From: Chloroflexota bacterium
Lineage (GTDB): Bacteria; Chloroflexota; Dormibacteria; Dormibacterales; Dormibacteraceae
DNA: 64,000 nucleotides
NCBI GenBank assembly: GCA_005881275.1
Contig: VBEF01000025.1
Location: forward strand, 43,716-107,715
Reading direction: 5' to 3'
The stretch's first letter is position 1. The number at the start of each line of letters is the position of its first letter. The notes below the pieces were generated by a model. It was not told where the DNA came from. It made no database searches and saw only the letters and a list, made by a program, of their open reading frames with translations. A program made the translations under genes and the position numbers. Shown one piece after another: positions 35,606-48,710 of the stretch.

Positions 35606-36598
35606 ATGGCAGTCCCGGACCCGATCGGGCCGGAGACCGTAGCCGCGAAAGCCCAACCGGCCATTCAGGCCAACGTCCTCGCACGGCGGGGAGGCGAAAA
35701 GGGTAAGCAACCGTTTTTCTATGGCGGCCAGGCCGTCATCGAAGGCGTGATGATGCGCGGCAAGACCCACTACGCGGTCGCGGTCCGGCTGCCGACGACG
35801 AAAGAGATAGTGATCGACCGCGGCGAGCTCAAGGCGCCGATCTACACGCATCCGCTCTGGAAGCTGCCTTTCGTGCGCGGTCTTGCCCTGATCGGGGAGC
35901 AGCTTCACCTCGGCATGAAATCGCTCATCTGGTCGGCCAACGTGAACGCGGGCAGCCAGAACATCGAGATCGGCAAGAAAGAGATCACCGGGTCGGTTGC
36001 GATAGCCGGCATCTTTGCTCTGGTCATCTTCATCGGCTTGCCGCTGCTGCTCGCTAGCTTCGCGGTTCATCGCAGCGGGAGCTTTTTGTTCGTGCTCGTC
36101 GAAGGCTTGATCCGTGTCGGATTGGTGCTTGGCTACCTCGCCGCGATTGCATTGCTGCCCGACGTTCGCCGAGTATTCCAGTACCACGGCGCCGAGCACA
36201 AGACGATCAATGCCTTCGAGTCAGGATGGACGCTCGACGTGGCTTCGGTTCGCCGCGCGAGCACCTTGCACCCGCGGTGCGGCACCGGATTTCTGCTTGT
36301 CGTACTCGTCGTCAGCGTCATCGTCTTCAGCGTGGTCGCGGTTTTTCATCCCAACCTGTTCTGGCTCGTGATGAGCCGCATCCTCGCGATCCCCGTGATC
36401 GCCGGCACGGGCTTCGAGCTGATCCGGTTCATGGCTCGACACCGCTACAACCCGATCGTTCGCGTTGCACTCCTGCCTGTGCTGGGGACGCAGAAGTTCA
36501 CGACGCGCGAACCCTCCGACGACATGCTCGAGGTTGCGATCACCGCCTTCAACAGCGCCCGCGAGGGTGAGGAGGAAACCGCCGGAGCAGCAGCATGA
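35606..36598 (+). CDS. DUF1385 domain-containing membrane protein
   Basis: YGGQAVIEGVMMRG and YHGAEHKTI motifs, in the usual position between rpmE and prfA. Confidence 0.85.
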   Translation: MAVPDPIGPETVAAKAQPAIQANVLARRGGEKGKQPFFYGGQAVIEGVMMRGKTHYAVAVRLPTTKEIVIDRGELKAPIYTHPLWKLPFVRGLALIGEQLHLGMKSLIWSANVNAGSQNIEIGKKEITGSVAIAGIFALVIFIGLPLLLASFAVHRSGSFLFVLVEGLIRVGLVLGYLAAIALLPDVRRVFQYHGAEHKTINAFESGWTLDVASVRRASTLHPRCGTGFLLVVLVVSVIVFSVVAVFHPNLFWLVMSRILAIPVIAGTGFELIRFMARHRYNPIVRVALLPVLGTQKFTTREPSDDMLEVAITAFNSAREGEEETAGAAA

Positions 36599-36606
36599 TC
36601 GAGATT

Positions 36607-36705
36607 CACAAGGGGGGCAGGCCCCCCTTGTGGGGAACCCCCCAAAGATTTCGACTCGCTGACTCGAAGATGCTCGGTGGCGGTTGCCCGGCGGAGCCGG
36701 GCAAC
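36607..36705 (+). promoter_or_regulatory. Structured spacer upstream of prfA: two strong GC hairpins
   Basis: Hairpin A is CACAAGGGGGGC/GCCCCCCTTGTG (36607-36632), followed by a further C6 run at 36639-36644. Hairpin B is GTTGCCCGGC-GGA-GCCGGGCAAC (36683-36705). Confidence 0.4.
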
Positions 36706-36719
36706 GCGGGAAAGACGAA

Positions 36720-37799
36720 ATGATCGACCGCCTCGACTCGATCGCACGCCGTTACCGCGAGATCGAAAACGAGATGGCGCGTCCGGAGATCGCGTCCGAC
36801 CACGAGAAGGTGACTCTGCTGGCGCGCGAGCAGCGAACCATGCGCGACATCGTCACCGCGTATGAGGCGTACCGGCGCGCGCGGCAGGAGATGGAGTCAG
36901 CGCGCGAGATGCTCAGACACGAGAAAGACCCAGACATGCAGGAGTACCTCCGCTCAGAGGAGCGCCGTTCGGAAGAGCGGCTTGGGGAGCTGGAAGAACA
37001 GCTCAAGGTGCTGCTCCTTCCAAAGGATCCGAACGACGACCGGGATGTCGTGGTCGAGATCCAGGGCGCCGAAGGGGGAGACGAGGCGGCGCTGTTCGCG
37101 GCGGACCTTTTCCGCATGTACGCGCGCTGGGCGGAGAAGAAAGGATGGAAGGTCGAGGTGGTGGAGGCCGCGCCCACCGGCATCGGTGGCTACGACAAGA
37201 TCACGTTCGAGGTTCACGGCCACGGCGCCTACTCGCAGTTGAAATACGAGGGCGGTGTGCACCGAGTCCAGCGCGTGCCCAAGACCGAAGCGCAGGGCCG
37301 CATCCACACCTCCGCGGCGACCGTTTCCGTGCTGCCGGAGGCCGATCCGGTGGAGGTCGAGCTGAAGCCGGAGGATCTCGAGATCAAGGCTTCGACGTCG
37401 ACCGGACCAGGCGGACAGAGCGTCAACACAACCTACTCCGCCATCCGGATGACTCATAAGCCGACTGGCCTTGTGGTGAGCATCCAGGACGAGAAGTCGC
37501 AGCTCCAAAACAAGGAAAAGGCGATGCGAGTCCTCCGGGCGCGGCTTTACGAGATGAAGCTGGCGGAGCAGCAAGAGGCGATCAGGGCGCAGCAGCGGGG
37601 CATGGTCAGGAGCGGCAACCGCTCGGAGAAGATCCGCACCTACAACTTCAAGGACAACCGGGTCACCGACCATCGGATCAACCTGACGCTGCACAAGCTC
37701 GACCGGGTCATGGCGGGAGACCTCGACGATCTGGTCGACGCGTTGATTGCCGCCGAAAGAGCCGCCCAGCTCAACGGCGGCTCAGACGCCCGAGCGTGA
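36720..37799 (+). CDS. prfA: Peptide chain release factor 1
   Basis: The GGQ motif ([10 protein letters not shown]) and [17 protein letters not shown] (P-x-T). The Met at 36720 matches the RF1 N-terminus. Confidence 0.96.
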   Translation: MIDRLDSIARRYREIENEMARPEIASDHEKVTLLAREQRTMRDIVTAYEAYRRARQEMESAREMLRHEKDPDMQEYLRSEERRSEERLGELEEQLKVLLLPKDPNDDRDVVVEIQGAEGGDEAALFAADLFRMYARWAEKKGWKVEVVEAAPTGIGGYDKITFEVHGHGAYSQLKYEGGVHRVQRVPKTEAQGRIHTSAATVSVLPEADPVEVELKPEDLEIKASTSTGPGGQSVNTTYSAIRMTHKPTGLVVSIQDEKSQLQNKEKAMRVLRARLYEMKLAEQQEAIRAQQRGMVRSGNRSEKIRTYNFKDNRVTDHRINLTLHKLDRVMAGDLDDLVDALIAAERAAQLNGGSDARA

Positions 37800-38662
37800 C
37801 GATCGTTGAGGTCCTGAAGCTCTCCGCGGACTACCTCCAGAAGCACGGTTCCGATTCGTCGCGACTCGACGCCGAGGTGCTCCTGGCGCACGCGCTGAAG
37901 CTTCGCCGGCTCGACCTTTACCTCAAGTTCGACCACCCGATGTCTGAAAGTGAGCTAGGCGCCTACCGCGCGCTCGTCGCCCGCCGCGCCAAAGGAGAAC
38001 CTGTCGCGTACCTGGTCGGCCACAAGGAGTTCATGGGCCTCGACTTCGAGGTGACGCCTGATGTGCTGGTTCCCAACCCCGACACCGAGGTGTTGGTGCA
38101 GCGGGCGGTCGAGATCGCCCGCGAGTCGAGCGGACCGGTGCGCGTGGCGGACGTCGGCACGGGCAGCGGATGCATCGCGATCGCCATCGCTCATTACGCG
38201 AAAAACACCGAGATATGGGCGTCGGACATCAGCCGCGAGGCACTCGAGGTCGCCGGTCGCAACGCATCGCGCCATCGTGTCTCAGATCGCGTGCACCTCG
38301 AACGTGGTGACCTGATGCAGCCCCTGGCCGGCGATTTCGACCTCGTCTGCGCCAACCTTCCATACGTGGATGTGGCCGCCGGCTCGAGCCTCCCGGCCGA
38401 GGTTGTGGCGCAGCCGGCCCGCGCCCTGTACGCGGAGGGGGGTGGGGCGGCTCTGGTGGCCCGGCTGCTCGACGAAGCCCCGTCGCACCTGAAGCCTGGC
38501 GCGCGCGTGCTGGCGGAGTTGGACGCTTCGGTTCTCAGCAGGGCTGCCGAGTCGGCCGTCCGGAATTTTTCAGGCCACCGCGTGCTGCGCGACGTGGGCG
38601 GCCGCGAAAGGGTCCTCGAAGCGTGGTCGTTCATCCCCACGAACTCCGAGCCTAGGCCGTGA
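37796..38662 (+). CDS. prmC: Release factor glutamine N5-methyltransferase PrmC/HemK
   Basis: SAM motif [13 protein letters not shown]. The substrate motif reads NLPY, where the family has NPPY. 4-nt overlap with prfA. Confidence 0.9.
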   Translation: MTIVEVLKLSADYLQKHGSDSSRLDAEVLLAHALKLRRLDLYLKFDHPMSESELGAYRALVARRAKGEPVAYLVGHKEFMGLDFEVTPDVLVPNPDTEVLVQRAVEIARESSGPVRVADVGTGSGCIAIAIAHYAKNTEIWASDISREALEVAGRNASRHRVSDRVHLERGDLMQPLAGDFDLVCANLPYVDVAAGSSLPAEVVAQPARALYAEGGGAALVARLLDEAPSHLKPGARVLAELDASVLSRAAESAVRNFSGHRVLRDVGGRERVLEAWSFIPTNSEPRP

Positions 38663-39261
38663 GTTCGCGGGGACCCCTTGTGATGAAGCCGACGGCGGCT
38701 GGGCTGCAGCGTGCCGCGAAGCTGCTTCGCAGCGGCGCAGTCGTGGCTTTTCCCACGGACACCGTCTATGGGCTTGGGGCGACCTTCGACGACGAGTTGG
38801 CGCAGAAACGGATCTATCAGATCAAAGGCCGTCCGGTGGGCATGCCCCTGATCCTCATGGTTGCCGCCGAATCACAGCTCGATGGTCTGGTCCACATCGA
38901 CTCGCAGGCGGAGGCGCTCATGCGCAAATGGTGGCCAGGCCCGCTGACGCTGATCCTCCATTCCAGGCAAGGAGGCACGCTCGGCGTGCGCATCCCGAAG
39001 CACAAGGCGGCCCTGGGCCTGCTCCGGCACGCAGGTCCGTTGATGACGACCAGCGCCAACCGGCACGGCCTCGACCCGGCGATGAACGCCGCAGAAGCCG
39101 CCGGTCTGGCAGGCGTGATGGCGGTGGTTGATGGCGGCGCCGTGCCCAGCGGAACAGCCTCCACGGTGCTGGACCTCACTGGGCCGGAACCCCACGTGCT
39201 CCGCGAGGGCGCGATTCCAACGGCGGAGCTGCTCGGGCCTCCGCCACCGCGAGTCGGATAA
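38659..39261 (+). CDS. tsaC: L-threonylcarbamoyladenylate synthase (Sua5/YrdC/TsaC family)
   Basis: [26 protein letters not shown] and TTSANRHG. Confidence 0.88.
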   Translation: MSSRGPLVMKPTAAGLQRAAKLLRSGAVVAFPTDTVYGLGATFDDELAQKRIYQIKGRPVGMPLILMVAAESQLDGLVHIDSQAEALMRKWWPGPLTLILHSRQGGTLGVRIPKHKAALGLLRHAGPLMTTSANRHGLDPAMNAAEAAGLAGVMAVVDGGAVPSGTASTVLDLTGPEPHVLREGAIPTAELLGPPPPRVG

Positions 39262-39270
39262 CCTCAGGTC

Positions 39271-40545
39271 GTGACTTCAAACATCACGACGATGACCTTC
39301 CGGGCGCTGGACCGGGAAGACCCCGACGTGGCCGACCTCATTCGCAAAGAGTTCAAGCGGCAGTCGGAAACACTCGAGCTGATCGCCTCTGAAAACCTGA
39401 CCAGCCCCGCGATCCTGGAGGCTCTCGGCACGCTGCTGACCAACAAGTACGCTGAGGGTTATCCAGGGCGCCGCTACTACGGAGGCACCGGCGAGGTCAT
39501 CGACAAGATCGAGACTCTCGCCGTCGAACGCGCCAAGGAGCTCTTCGGCGCCGAATACGTGAACGTGCAGCCGCACTCTGGGTCGCAGGCCAACGCCGCC
39601 GTCTACATGGCCGTGTGCCAGCCGGGCGATCGGGTGATGGGCATGGACCTGTCGGCAGGCGGCCACCTGACACATGGGAGCCCGGCCAACTTCAGCGGCA
39701 AGCTGTACGAGATCCATTCCTACGGCGTCGACCGCGAGACCGAACGCATCGACTACGACGCGGTCCAAAAGCTCGCGCAAGAAGTGCGCCCGAAAATGCT
39801 GCTGGCGGGTTTCTCCGCTTACTCGCGCATCGTCGATTGGGCACGCATGCGGGCGATCGCAGACTCGGTCGGCGCGACGCTTTTCGTCGATATGGCCCAC
39901 GTGGCGGGCCTGGTGGCCGGAGGCGTGTATCCCTCGCCGATCCCGCATGCCGCGATCACGAGCACCACGACGCAGAAGACGCTTCGGGGGGCGTGGGGCG
40001 CGATCATCCTTTGCCGCAACGACTGGCAGAAAGCGATCGACTCCGCGGTCTTTCCAGGCACGCAGGGCGGCCCGCTGATGCACGCGATCGCGGCCAAGGC
40101 GGTTTGCTTCGGCGAAGCGCTGAAGCCAGATTTCAAGCGCTATGCCAAACAGGTCGTGGTGAACGCGAAAGCGATGGCCGACCGGCTGACCGAGCGTGGC
40201 CTTCGGCTCGTGAGCGGCGGTACCGACAACCATTTGATGCTCATCGACCTGCGACAGCAGAAGCGCACGGGCAAGCAGGTGCAGGACATCGCGGACACGG
40301 TCGGCATCACGCTCAACCGCAACTCCATCCCGTTCGATGACGCGTCGAAGTTCAACCCGAGCGGGGTGCGGGTCGGAACACCGCTGGTCACAACCCGCGG
40401 CATGCGTGAAGCCGAGATGGTCGTGATAGCGGACTGCATCGCCGACCTCGTCGAGCGCATCGACGACCGCGCGACGCTCGATTCGGTGCACGAGCGGGCG
40501 CTCGAGCTCTGTCGAAGCTTCCCGATCCCTTACGCATTTGACTGA
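39271..40545 (+). CDS. glyA: Serine hydroxymethyltransferase
   Basis: [24 protein letters not shown] and [11 protein letters not shown]. The PLP-lysine motif reads [13 protein letters not shown]. Start is GTG 39271 or ATG 39292. Confidence 0.93.
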   Translation: MTSNITTMTFRALDREDPDVADLIRKEFKRQSETLELIASENLTSPAILEALGTLLTNKYAEGYPGRRYYGGTGEVIDKIETLAVERAKELFGAEYVNVQPHSGSQANAAVYMAVCQPGDRVMGMDLSAGGHLTHGSPANFSGKLYEIHSYGVDRETERIDYDAVQKLAQEVRPKMLLAGFSAYSRIVDWARMRAIADSVGATLFVDMAHVAGLVAGGVYPSPIPHAAITSTTTQKTLRGAWGAIILCRNDWQKAIDSAVFPGTQGGPLMHAIAAKAVCFGEALKPDFKRYAKQVVVNAKAMADRLTERGLRLVSGGTDNHLMLIDLRQQKRTGKQVQDIADTVGITLNRNSIPFDDASKFNPSGVRVGTPLVTTRGMREAEMVVIADCIADLVERIDDRATLDSVHERALELCRSFPIPYAFD

Positions 40546-41653
40546 CTTTTTCAGCAACCAGGCGCTCGCCAGCATCACGGACCACCTCCTGCCGGGGCTG
40601 TGGCCGCTCCTCCTTGCTTTTGTGGTTTGCGTACTCGCCACGCCCATTGCCATTCGCGTTTCGCCGCGTCTGGGCCTGATCGCCCAACCCGGCGGGCGTC
40701 ACGCCCACAGCAGCCCGACGCCTCTCCTCGGCGGGCTTGCGATGTGGCTCGGTTTCGCGATCGCGATCGCAGTCTTCGCGCCCCGCAATCTCCAGACGCT
40801 GGGCCTGGTGGTGGTCTCGGGTCTCGTGACCGGACTGCTCATCATCGACGACCGCTGGTCGATGCGTCCCGTGGTCAAGCTGGCAGTCCAGATCGGACTG
40901 TCCCTCCTGGCTGTTGTTGTCTTCAATTTCCAGATCGGCTATATCGGCCTCCCGGGCGGTCGCATCGTAGAGTTCGCGCTTCCAATCGCGGTGGCGGTCA
41001 GCATCTTCTGGCTCGTCGGTATGCAGAACACCGTCAACTTCCTCGACGGCGCCGACGGTTTGGCCGCGGGTGTGGTTGCCATCGTCGCGATGGTCCTGCT
41101 CCTCGCCGCGGGTCAGCAAAGGCAGCTCCCGGTCGTGCAGCTGAGCGGCGCGCTCGCCGGCTGCTGCGCCGGTTTTCTGCTGTTCAACTTCTACCCTGCG
41201 CGCATCTTCATGGGCGATTCGGGCGCGCATTTCCTCGGCATGGCCCTCGGGATGATCTCGATCCTCGGCGTGGCCAAGGTCGCCGTGGCGTTCGCCCTGG
41301 CAGCTCCGGTCCTCGCCCTTGCGGTTCCCATCGCGGACACGGGGTGGGCAATCCTCCGCCGGCGCCGATTGGGTGCTTCGGTGGCCGAGCCGGACCAGCT
41401 GCACCTGCACCACCGCCTCCGATCTTTCGGGCTGGATGCCCGCCAGACGTGCTACGTCTTCTACGCAGCCAGCGGACTTCTCGGCGCGCTCGGGCTGACC
41501 CTGTTCGGCCATGGACGGGTGCTGGCCGTGGTCCTGGCCGTGACCGCGGTCCTCGTTTCGACGGTGGCCGCAGACCTGCTGCTGCACACTGGTTGGCGGA
41601 TCAACACGCCCTGGCTGCGTCGCCTCCTCGCTGAACGTCCGCCGGCCCGCTAG
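40538..41653 (+). CDS. wecA: Polyprenyl-phosphate N-acetylhexosamine-1-phosphate transferase (WecA/TagO/Rfe, GT4 MraY-like family)
   Basis: [15 protein letters not shown] and [11 protein letters not shown]. Sits upstream of the atp operon, as rfe does in mycobacteria. Confidence 0.88.
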   Translation: MTDFFSNQALASITDHLLPGLWPLLLAFVVCVLATPIAIRVSPRLGLIAQPGGRHAHSSPTPLLGGLAMWLGFAIAIAVFAPRNLQTLGLVVVSGLVTGLLIIDDRWSMRPVVKLAVQIGLSLLAVVVFNFQIGYIGLPGGRIVEFALPIAVAVSIFWLVGMQNTVNFLDGADGLAAGVVAIVAMVLLLAAGQQRQLPVVQLSGALAGCCAGFLLFNFYPARIFMGDSGAHFLGMALGMISILGVAKVAVAFALAAPVLALAVPIADTGWAILRRRRLGASVAEPDQLHLHHRLRSFGLDARQTCYVFYAASGLLGALGLTLFGHGRVLAVVLAVTAVLVSTVAADLLLHTGWRINTPWLRRLLAERPPAR

Positions 41654-41712
41654 GTCGGGGCCTCTCCCGGGCCCATAGGCCGGCGGCAGTACCCGATAGA
41701 ATTCGGAGGGGC

Positions 41713-41925
41713 ATGGCGCCCACTCCGAGTACAGGCCCGACCGGCGCTGACATGGCGGGAATCGGGATCTATTTCGCCGCCGCCGTCCTACTGCCTCTGC
41801 TTGGTGGGGTAGCCCTCGACAGAGTGCTCCATACAGCGCCCGTGTTTGTCCTTGTGGGACTTGTTGTGGGGCTCGTGGCCGGTGGAGCAGCCGTCTGGCT
41901 GAAGGTGAGGGAACTCTCGAAGTGA
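41713..41925 (+). CDS. atpZ: AtpZ/AtpI-family small membrane protein
   Basis: Two TM helices (IGIYFAAAVLLPLLGGVALD). First gene of the atp operon. Confidence 0.7.
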   Translation: MAPTPSTGPTGADMAGIGIYFAAAVLLPLLGGVALDRVLHTAPVFVLVGLVVGLVAGGAAVWLKVRELSK

Positions 41926-42260
41926 CGTCGGGTGGCGTGCTGCGGCAGACCGTGGTGGCTTGCTCGGTCTTGTCCGTCGCGGTCGCGGTAGTCGCCTCGG
42001 CGAGCGGTCACCTCGGCCTGGGCCTCGGCATGGCCGCCGGTCTCATGCTTGGTTCGGCGAACGGTTACCTCATTCAGGGATTGCTGAACCGCGGGACTCC
42101 GTTCGTCGCCGCGAGCCTGCTGCGCATCCTGTTCTTCAGCTCGTTGGTGCTCATCGCGGCATTGACCATGCGCGGGTCCGCCTGGACCGTGGCGCTTGGC
42201 ATCGGGCTGGCGCAGCTGGTGATGGTCCTGGCCGGCGTGCGATCCGGGCTTAGGCGATGA
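41922..42260 (+). CDS. atpI: ATP synthase protein I-like membrane protein
   Basis: Hydrophobic 112-aa ORF between atpZ and atpB, with 4-nt overlaps on both sides. Confidence 0.55.
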   Translation: MTSGGVLRQTVVACSVLSVAVAVVASASGHLGLGLGMAAGLMLGSANGYLIQGLLNRGTPFVAASLLRILFFSSLVLIAALTMRGSAWTVALGIGLAQLVMVLAGVRSGLRR

Positions 42261-43039
42261 TCCTCGATGACTCATCGGTCGGCACGCATCCAACCGTCGA
42301 CCTCGGCTGCGGCCCGCTCTGCACCTTTAACTACGACAGCGTCGTCTCGAGCTTGCTGGCCGTGTTGGTCACCATCGGGGTGGGATTCTGGATTCGCTCT
42401 AAGCTGAAGTCTGGAGAGCCCGGACGCGTCCAGGCGGTGTTCGAATGGGGTTATGACCAGTTGAGGTCGCTCATCAGAACCAACGTTTCGGAGGAGGCTC
42501 TTTTCATCATCCCGCTCGCCCTCACGCTTTTCCTCTACATCCTGATCGCTAACTGGATCGAGCTTCTGCCCCTGGCGATCTTTCCCATCCTGCACGGCGC
42601 TAACGCCGACCTCAACCAGACCCTGGCCATGGGCCTGGTTGTAATCGCAGTCGTCCAGTGGTACAGCATCCAGGTTCTGGGCTGGCGCGGCTACCTGCGC
42701 CGATTCACCAAACCATTCGAGCTTCCTGTATGGGGACGCGCCCTCTACACGCCGCTCAACATCCTCGAGGAGCTCGTGAAACCGGTGACTTTGTCACTCC
42801 GACTGTTCGGGAACATCTTCGCCGGTGCGGTCATGATCGGCCTGCTCGCGGGTTTCGGCGCTCTCGCCCTGCCCGTGGTGGGCGTCGTTGGCGGAACAGT
42901 TCTCGGTACGATCCTGCTCGCGGTCTGGAAAGCGTTCGACGTCATCTTCATCGGTTTCATCCAGGCGTTCATCTTCATGCTGCTCACGGTGATTTATTTC
43001 GGCATGGCGCGCGAAGGCCTCGAGCACGAACACCACTAG
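42257..43039 (+). CDS. atpB: F0F1 ATP synthase subunit a
   Basis: [12 protein letters not shown], containing the essential Arg. Confidence 0.93.
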   Translation: MILDDSSVGTHPTVDLGCGPLCTFNYDSVVSSLLAVLVTIGVGFWIRSKLKSGEPGRVQAVFEWGYDQLRSLIRTNVSEEALFIIPLALTLFLYILIANWIELLPLAIFPILHGANADLNQTLAMGLVVIAVVQWYSIQVLGWRGYLRRFTKPFELPVWGRALYTPLNILEELVKPVTLSLRLFGNIFAGAVMIGLLAGFGALALPVVGVVGGTVLGTILLAVWKAFDVIFIGFIQAFIFMLLTVIYFGMAREGLEHEHH

Positions 43040-43050
43040 GAGGGAGTTAC

Positions 43051-43302
43051 ATGACTGATCACGGACTCGTTCTCGCCGGCGCCTTGGTGGGCTTCGGGCT
43101 CGCAATCGGCCTTGGGGCGGTCGGTGCCGCCTTCGGCGACGGATTGGCCGGCAACGCGTTCATCAGTGGAGTCGCTCGCCAGCCGGAAGCGCAGGGTCGC
43201 ATGATCCCGTGGTTGTTCACGATCGTCGGGCTGGTCGAAGCGATGTACTTCATCAACCTCGCCTTCGGTTTCGTATTCCTCTCCAACGTCCCAGCCAAGT
43301 AA
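43051..43302 (+). CDS. atpE: F0F1 ATP synthase subunit c
   Basis: [28 protein letters not shown] hairpin. SD GGAGGGAG lies before ATG 43051. The ORF track shows only an over-extended 42658 start. Confidence 0.93.
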   Translation: MTDHGLVLAGALVGFGLAIGLGAVGAAFGDGLAGNAFISGVARQPEAQGRMIPWLFTIVGLVEAMYFINLAFGFVFLSNVPAK

Positions 43303-43306
43303 TCGA

Positions 43307-43834
43307 ATGACTTACCTCGCGACCACCGGTATCGCCGGAGTAATCGACATCAATGGAACCGTGATCGTCGAGCTGCTCACGTTCCTGCTGATGCTTGCCG
43401 TGCTGGCCCGGTATGTGTACCCAGAGGTCGTCAAAGTCGCTGAGTCGCGTCAACGCGCGATCGCCGAGCAGCTACGCATGGCGGAGCAGGCCAAGGCCGA
43501 CGCCGAGGCGCGTCTCAAGGAAGCCCAGGCTAAATTGGAGGACGCGCGCAAGACCGCGCAGCAGGTCGTCGATGCTGCCAACAGATCCGCCGAGCAGGCG
43601 CGGCAGGACACCAAGCAGAAGGCCGAGGAGGAGGCGAGACGGATCGCCGAGTCGGCTCGGAAAGAGATCGAGGTTGAACGCGAGCGTGCGCTTCAGTCGG
43701 CGCGTGACGAATTGGCCGGACTGGTGGTCGTGGCTACGGAAAAGGTGATTGGCGACACGCTCGACGATCGCAAGCACAAGCAGCTCATCGACCGGGCTAT
43801 TGAGGAGGTCGCGAGTGGCGACGGCAGCCGCTAG
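43307..43834 (+). CDS. atpF: F0F1 ATP synthase subunit b
   Basis: N-terminal TM helix, then a long charged Ala/Glu/Lys/Arg-rich helix. Confidence 0.88.
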   Translation: MTYLATTGIAGVIDINGTVIVELLTFLLMLAVLARYVYPEVVKVAESRQRAIAEQLRMAEQAKADAEARLKEAQAKLEDARKTAQQVVDAANRSAEQARQDTKQKAEEEARRIAESARKEIEVERERALQSARDELAGLVVVATEKVIGDTLDDRKHKQLIDRAIEEVASGDGSR

Positions 43835-44345
43835 GCGGTACGCGAAGGCCGTGTTCGAGCTGGCCCAGCAAGAAGGCAACCTCGAAAAGTGGTCCGGTCG
43901 TCTGAGCAAGATCCGGGAGCTTTTCGACAATCCTCGCGTCGCGGCGGTGCTGAGCAACCCGACCATCACGGCCGAGAGGCGCGAGTCCCTCATCTCGGCT
44001 GCCCCACACCTGCTGGACGGCGAAGCCACCAACCTGGCGAGGCTCCTCGTCGAGTCGAGGCGGGTCGATGAGGCGGGGGCGATCGAGGATGAGTTTCAGC
44101 GTCTTGCCGACGAGGCGGCCGGTCGCGTCCGCGCGACCGTGACCACGGCGATCGAGCTCGAGTCTGCGGATCGTGACCGCGTCCAGAGGGAGCTTTCCAA
44201 GCGTCTGGGCAAAGAGGTGCGCCTCAGCGTCGTCGTCGACCCTCGCATCATCGGCGGGCTGAAGCTTCAGTACGGAGATCGTGTCGTCGACGCGAGCGTG
44301 GCGACCAAATTGCAACAGCTCCGCCGCCGTCTGGCGGCCACCTAG
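43815..44345 (+). CDS. atpH: F0F1 ATP synthase subunit delta
   Basis: [13 protein letters not shown]-terminus and [19 protein letters not shown]-terminus. GTG 43815 overlaps the atpF end. Confidence 0.85.
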   Translation: MATAAARRYAKAVFELAQQEGNLEKWSGRLSKIRELFDNPRVAAVLSNPTITAERRESLISAAPHLLDGEATNLARLLVESRRVDEAGAIEDEFQRLADEAAGRVRATVTTAIELESADRDRVQRELSKRLGKEVRLSVVVDPRIIGGLKLQYGDRVVDASVATKLQQLRRRLAAT

Positions 44346-44374
44346 GCGCCGGGCGCTTATATAGGAGAAGTGGA

Positions 44375-45940
44375 GTGGGAATCAGCACCAAAGAAATCTC
44401 GGAAGTCATCAAAGAACGGCTCAAGGACTTTGACGCAAGCCTCGTGTCGGCCGATGTAGGGCGAATCGTCGCCGTAGGCGACGGCATCGCCCAGATCTAT
44501 GGCCTGCAGAACGCGATGGCGGGCGAGCTGCTCGAATTCCCGCGCGAGACCTACGGGCTGGCGCTGAACCTCGAAGAGGACCAGGTGCGGTCCGTCATCC
44601 TCGGCGACTTCGGCCACCTGCACGAGGGCGACGAGGTCAAGACGACGGGCCGCCTGCTCGAGGTCCCCGTCGGCGACGAGCTGCTCGGGCGCATCGTGAA
44701 TCCCCTCGGCATCCCGCTCGACGACAAGGGCCCGATCAAGACCAGTAAGACGCTGCCAGTGGAACGGATCGCTCCGGGCGTGATCACGCGCAAGCGAGTC
44801 GACAGCCCCGTGCAGACCGGCATCAAGGCCATCGACACGATGATCCCGATCGGCCGAGGCCAGCGCGAACTGATCATCGGCGACCGCTTCACCGGAAAAA
44901 CGACGATCCTGCTGGACACGATCATCAACCAGAAGGGCAAAAACCTCTTCTGCATCTACGTCGCGATCGGCCAGAACGCCGCCTCGATCGCCCGCGTCGC
45001 GGCGACGCTGGAAGAGAACGGAGCGATGGACTACACGATCATCGTCGCGGCGGCCGCCTCCGACTCCGCTTCGCTTCAGTACATCGCGCCGTACGCCGGC
45101 TGCGCGATGGGCGAGTACTTCCTGGAGAAAGGCCAGGAGGCGCTTTGCTGCTACGACGACCTGACCAAGCAGGCGTGGGCATACCGCGAGCTGTCATTGA
45201 CGTTGCGCCGGCCGCCCGGCCGCGAGGCCTACCCGGGAGACGTCTTCTATCTGCACTCCCGTCTGCTCGAGCGGGCCGCAAAGATGAACGAGGCGCACGG
45301 CGGCGGCTCGCTGACGGCATTGCCCGTCATCGAGACGCAGGCCAACGACGTATCAGCCTTCATCCCGACCAACGTGATCTCCATCACGGACGGTCAGATC
45401 TACCTCCAGTCTGACCTTTTCAACGGCGGCCAGAGGCCGGCCCTCAACGTTGGGATTTCGGTCTCTCGCGTCGGCGGCGACGCGCAGACGAAGGCGATGC
45501 GCCAGGTGGCGGGCAAGCTCCGCCTCGACCTGGCTCAGTATCGGGAGCTGGCCGCGTTCGCCCAGTTCGCCTCTGACCTCGACAGTCAAACCCGCAGCCA
45601 GCTCGAGCGTGGGGCCCGCCTGACTGAGCTGCTCAAGCAGGACAAGTACCAGCCGGTGCCTCTGGCGGAGCAGGTCGCGGTCTTGTATGCCGGCACGCAG
45701 GGGCACCTCGACAAGGTCGCGGTCGCACGCGTGCGAGAGTGGGAGGCCGGCTTCGTCCGCTTTCTGAAGAGTGAGCGAGCGGGCATCCTCGAGGAGATCG
45801 ACAAACAGAAGGCGTTGGACGACAACCTGCTCGCGCGCCTGAACGCCGCGATCTCGACCTTCAACCACCAGTTCGGTGTCGAGGGGTACCAGGACCAGCC
45901 TGACCCCGGCGCCGGCAGCCCAGCGAAGAAAGCAAGTTAA
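44375..45940 (+). CDS. atpA: F0F1 ATP synthase subunit alpha
   Basis: GDRFTGKT Walker A region and [15 protein letters not shown]. Confidence 0.97.
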   Translation: MGISTKEISEVIKERLKDFDASLVSADVGRIVAVGDGIAQIYGLQNAMAGELLEFPRETYGLALNLEEDQVRSVILGDFGHLHEGDEVKTTGRLLEVPVGDELLGRIVNPLGIPLDDKGPIKTSKTLPVERIAPGVITRKRVDSPVQTGIKAIDTMIPIGRGQRELIIGDRFTGKTTILLDTIINQKGKNLFCIYVAIGQNAASIARVAATLEENGAMDYTIIVAAAASDSASLQYIAPYAGCAMGEYFLEKGQEALCCYDDLTKQAWAYRELSLTLRRPPGREAYPGDVFYLHSRLLERAAKMNEAHGGGSLTALPVIETQANDVSAFIPTNVISITDGQIYLQSDLFNGGQRPALNVGISVSRVGGDAQTKAMRQVAGKLRLDLAQYRELAAFAQFASDLDSQTRSQLERGARLTELLKQDKYQPVPLAEQVAVLYAGTQGHLDKVAVARVREWEAGFVRFLKSERAGILEEIDKQKALDDNLLARLNAAISTFNHQFGVEGYQDQPDPGAGSPAKKAS

Positions 45941-46813
45941 GTGCCCGCATTCAGGGACATCGTCCGGCGCATCGACTCGATCAAAAACACGCAGAAGATC
46001 ACCAAGGCGATGCAGGTCGTGGCCGCGACTCGCCTGCGGCGTGCCCAGGCCGCGGTGCAGGCCACGCGCCCCTACGCGGACAAGATGCTCGAGGTCCTTC
46101 AAACGGTGAGCGAGAGGGCGACGGAGTACAAGCACCCGTTCCTCATCCGGCGTGAGGGAAAACGCGCGGTGATGATCCTGGTCACGACCGACAAAGGACT
46201 CGCCGGCGCGATCAACGTCAACAACATTCGAACGGCGACGCGTTATATGAGCCGGGAGTTTCCCGACCAGCAGCGCTACGTGACACTCGGCCGCAAGGGC
46301 CGCGATTTTCTGCTCCGGTATCGCCGCGACGTGATCGCCGAGGTGAGCAATCTGCCCGACCGTCCGAGTCAGGGCCAGGTTCTGCCTGCCGTCACCGTCG
46401 CTCTCGAGGAGTACGCGAAGGGCAACGTCGACGCGGTGTTGCTCTGCTACGCGAAGTGGATCTCCACGATCAGGCAGGAACCGACGGTCCGTGTGCTCAT
46501 CCCCGCGGAGATTCCAGCGCGCGAGCGCGAGTCGACCGGACCGCGTGCGGACTACATATACGAACCGGATCCTGAGTCGGTGCTCGACGGGCTCCTGCCG
46601 CGCTACGTCGAGACCCAGGTCTTCCAGGCCGTGCTCGAGAACAAGGCCAGCGAGTACTCGGCCAAGATGATCGCAATGCAGAACGCCACCAACGCTGCCG
46701 GCGATCTCATTGACTCCCTGACCCTTTACGCGAACAAGGTCCGCCAGGCCGGCATCACCACAGAGTTGATGGAGATCGTCAGTGGCGCCGCGGCTCAGGA
46801 AGGCTCGAACTGA
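45941..46813 (+). CDS. atpG: F0F1 ATP synthase subunit gamma
   Basis: IKNTQKITKAMQVVAATRLRRAQ and ITTELMEIVSGAAA. Confidence 0.95.
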   Translation: MPAFRDIVRRIDSIKNTQKITKAMQVVAATRLRRAQAAVQATRPYADKMLEVLQTVSERATEYKHPFLIRREGKRAVMILVTTDKGLAGAINVNNIRTATRYMSREFPDQQRYVTLGRKGRDFLLRYRRDVIAEVSNLPDRPSQGQVLPAVTVALEEYAKGNVDAVLLCYAKWISTIRQEPTVRVLIPAEIPARERESTGPRADYIYEPDPESVLDGLLPRYVETQVFQAVLENKASEYSAKMIAMQNATNAAGDLIDSLTLYANKVRQAGITTELMEIVSGAAAQEGSN

Positions 46814-46827
46814 GGAAGGAGATCTAG

Positions 46828-48683
<1,856 letters not shown>

Positions 48684-48710
48684 TTTCCTTCGGCTAGCTT
48701 TAGCCATTCG

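Noticed and set aside
38330-38350. PrmC substrate motif reads N-L-P-Y instead of N-P-P-Y.
   Set aside because: This is a single conservative deviation in an otherwise canonical methyltransferase coupled to prfA. I cannot judge its significance without an alignment, and (D/N/S)-x-P-(Y/F) variants are tolerated in this superfamily.
41697-41702. A second TAGAAT hexamer upstream of atpZ, resembling the def promoter -10 box.
   Set aside because: No acceptable -35 at 16-18 nt. A TSS derived from it would cut through the SD (GGAGGGG) that precedes the atpZ ATG, so the promoter call is internally inconsistent.
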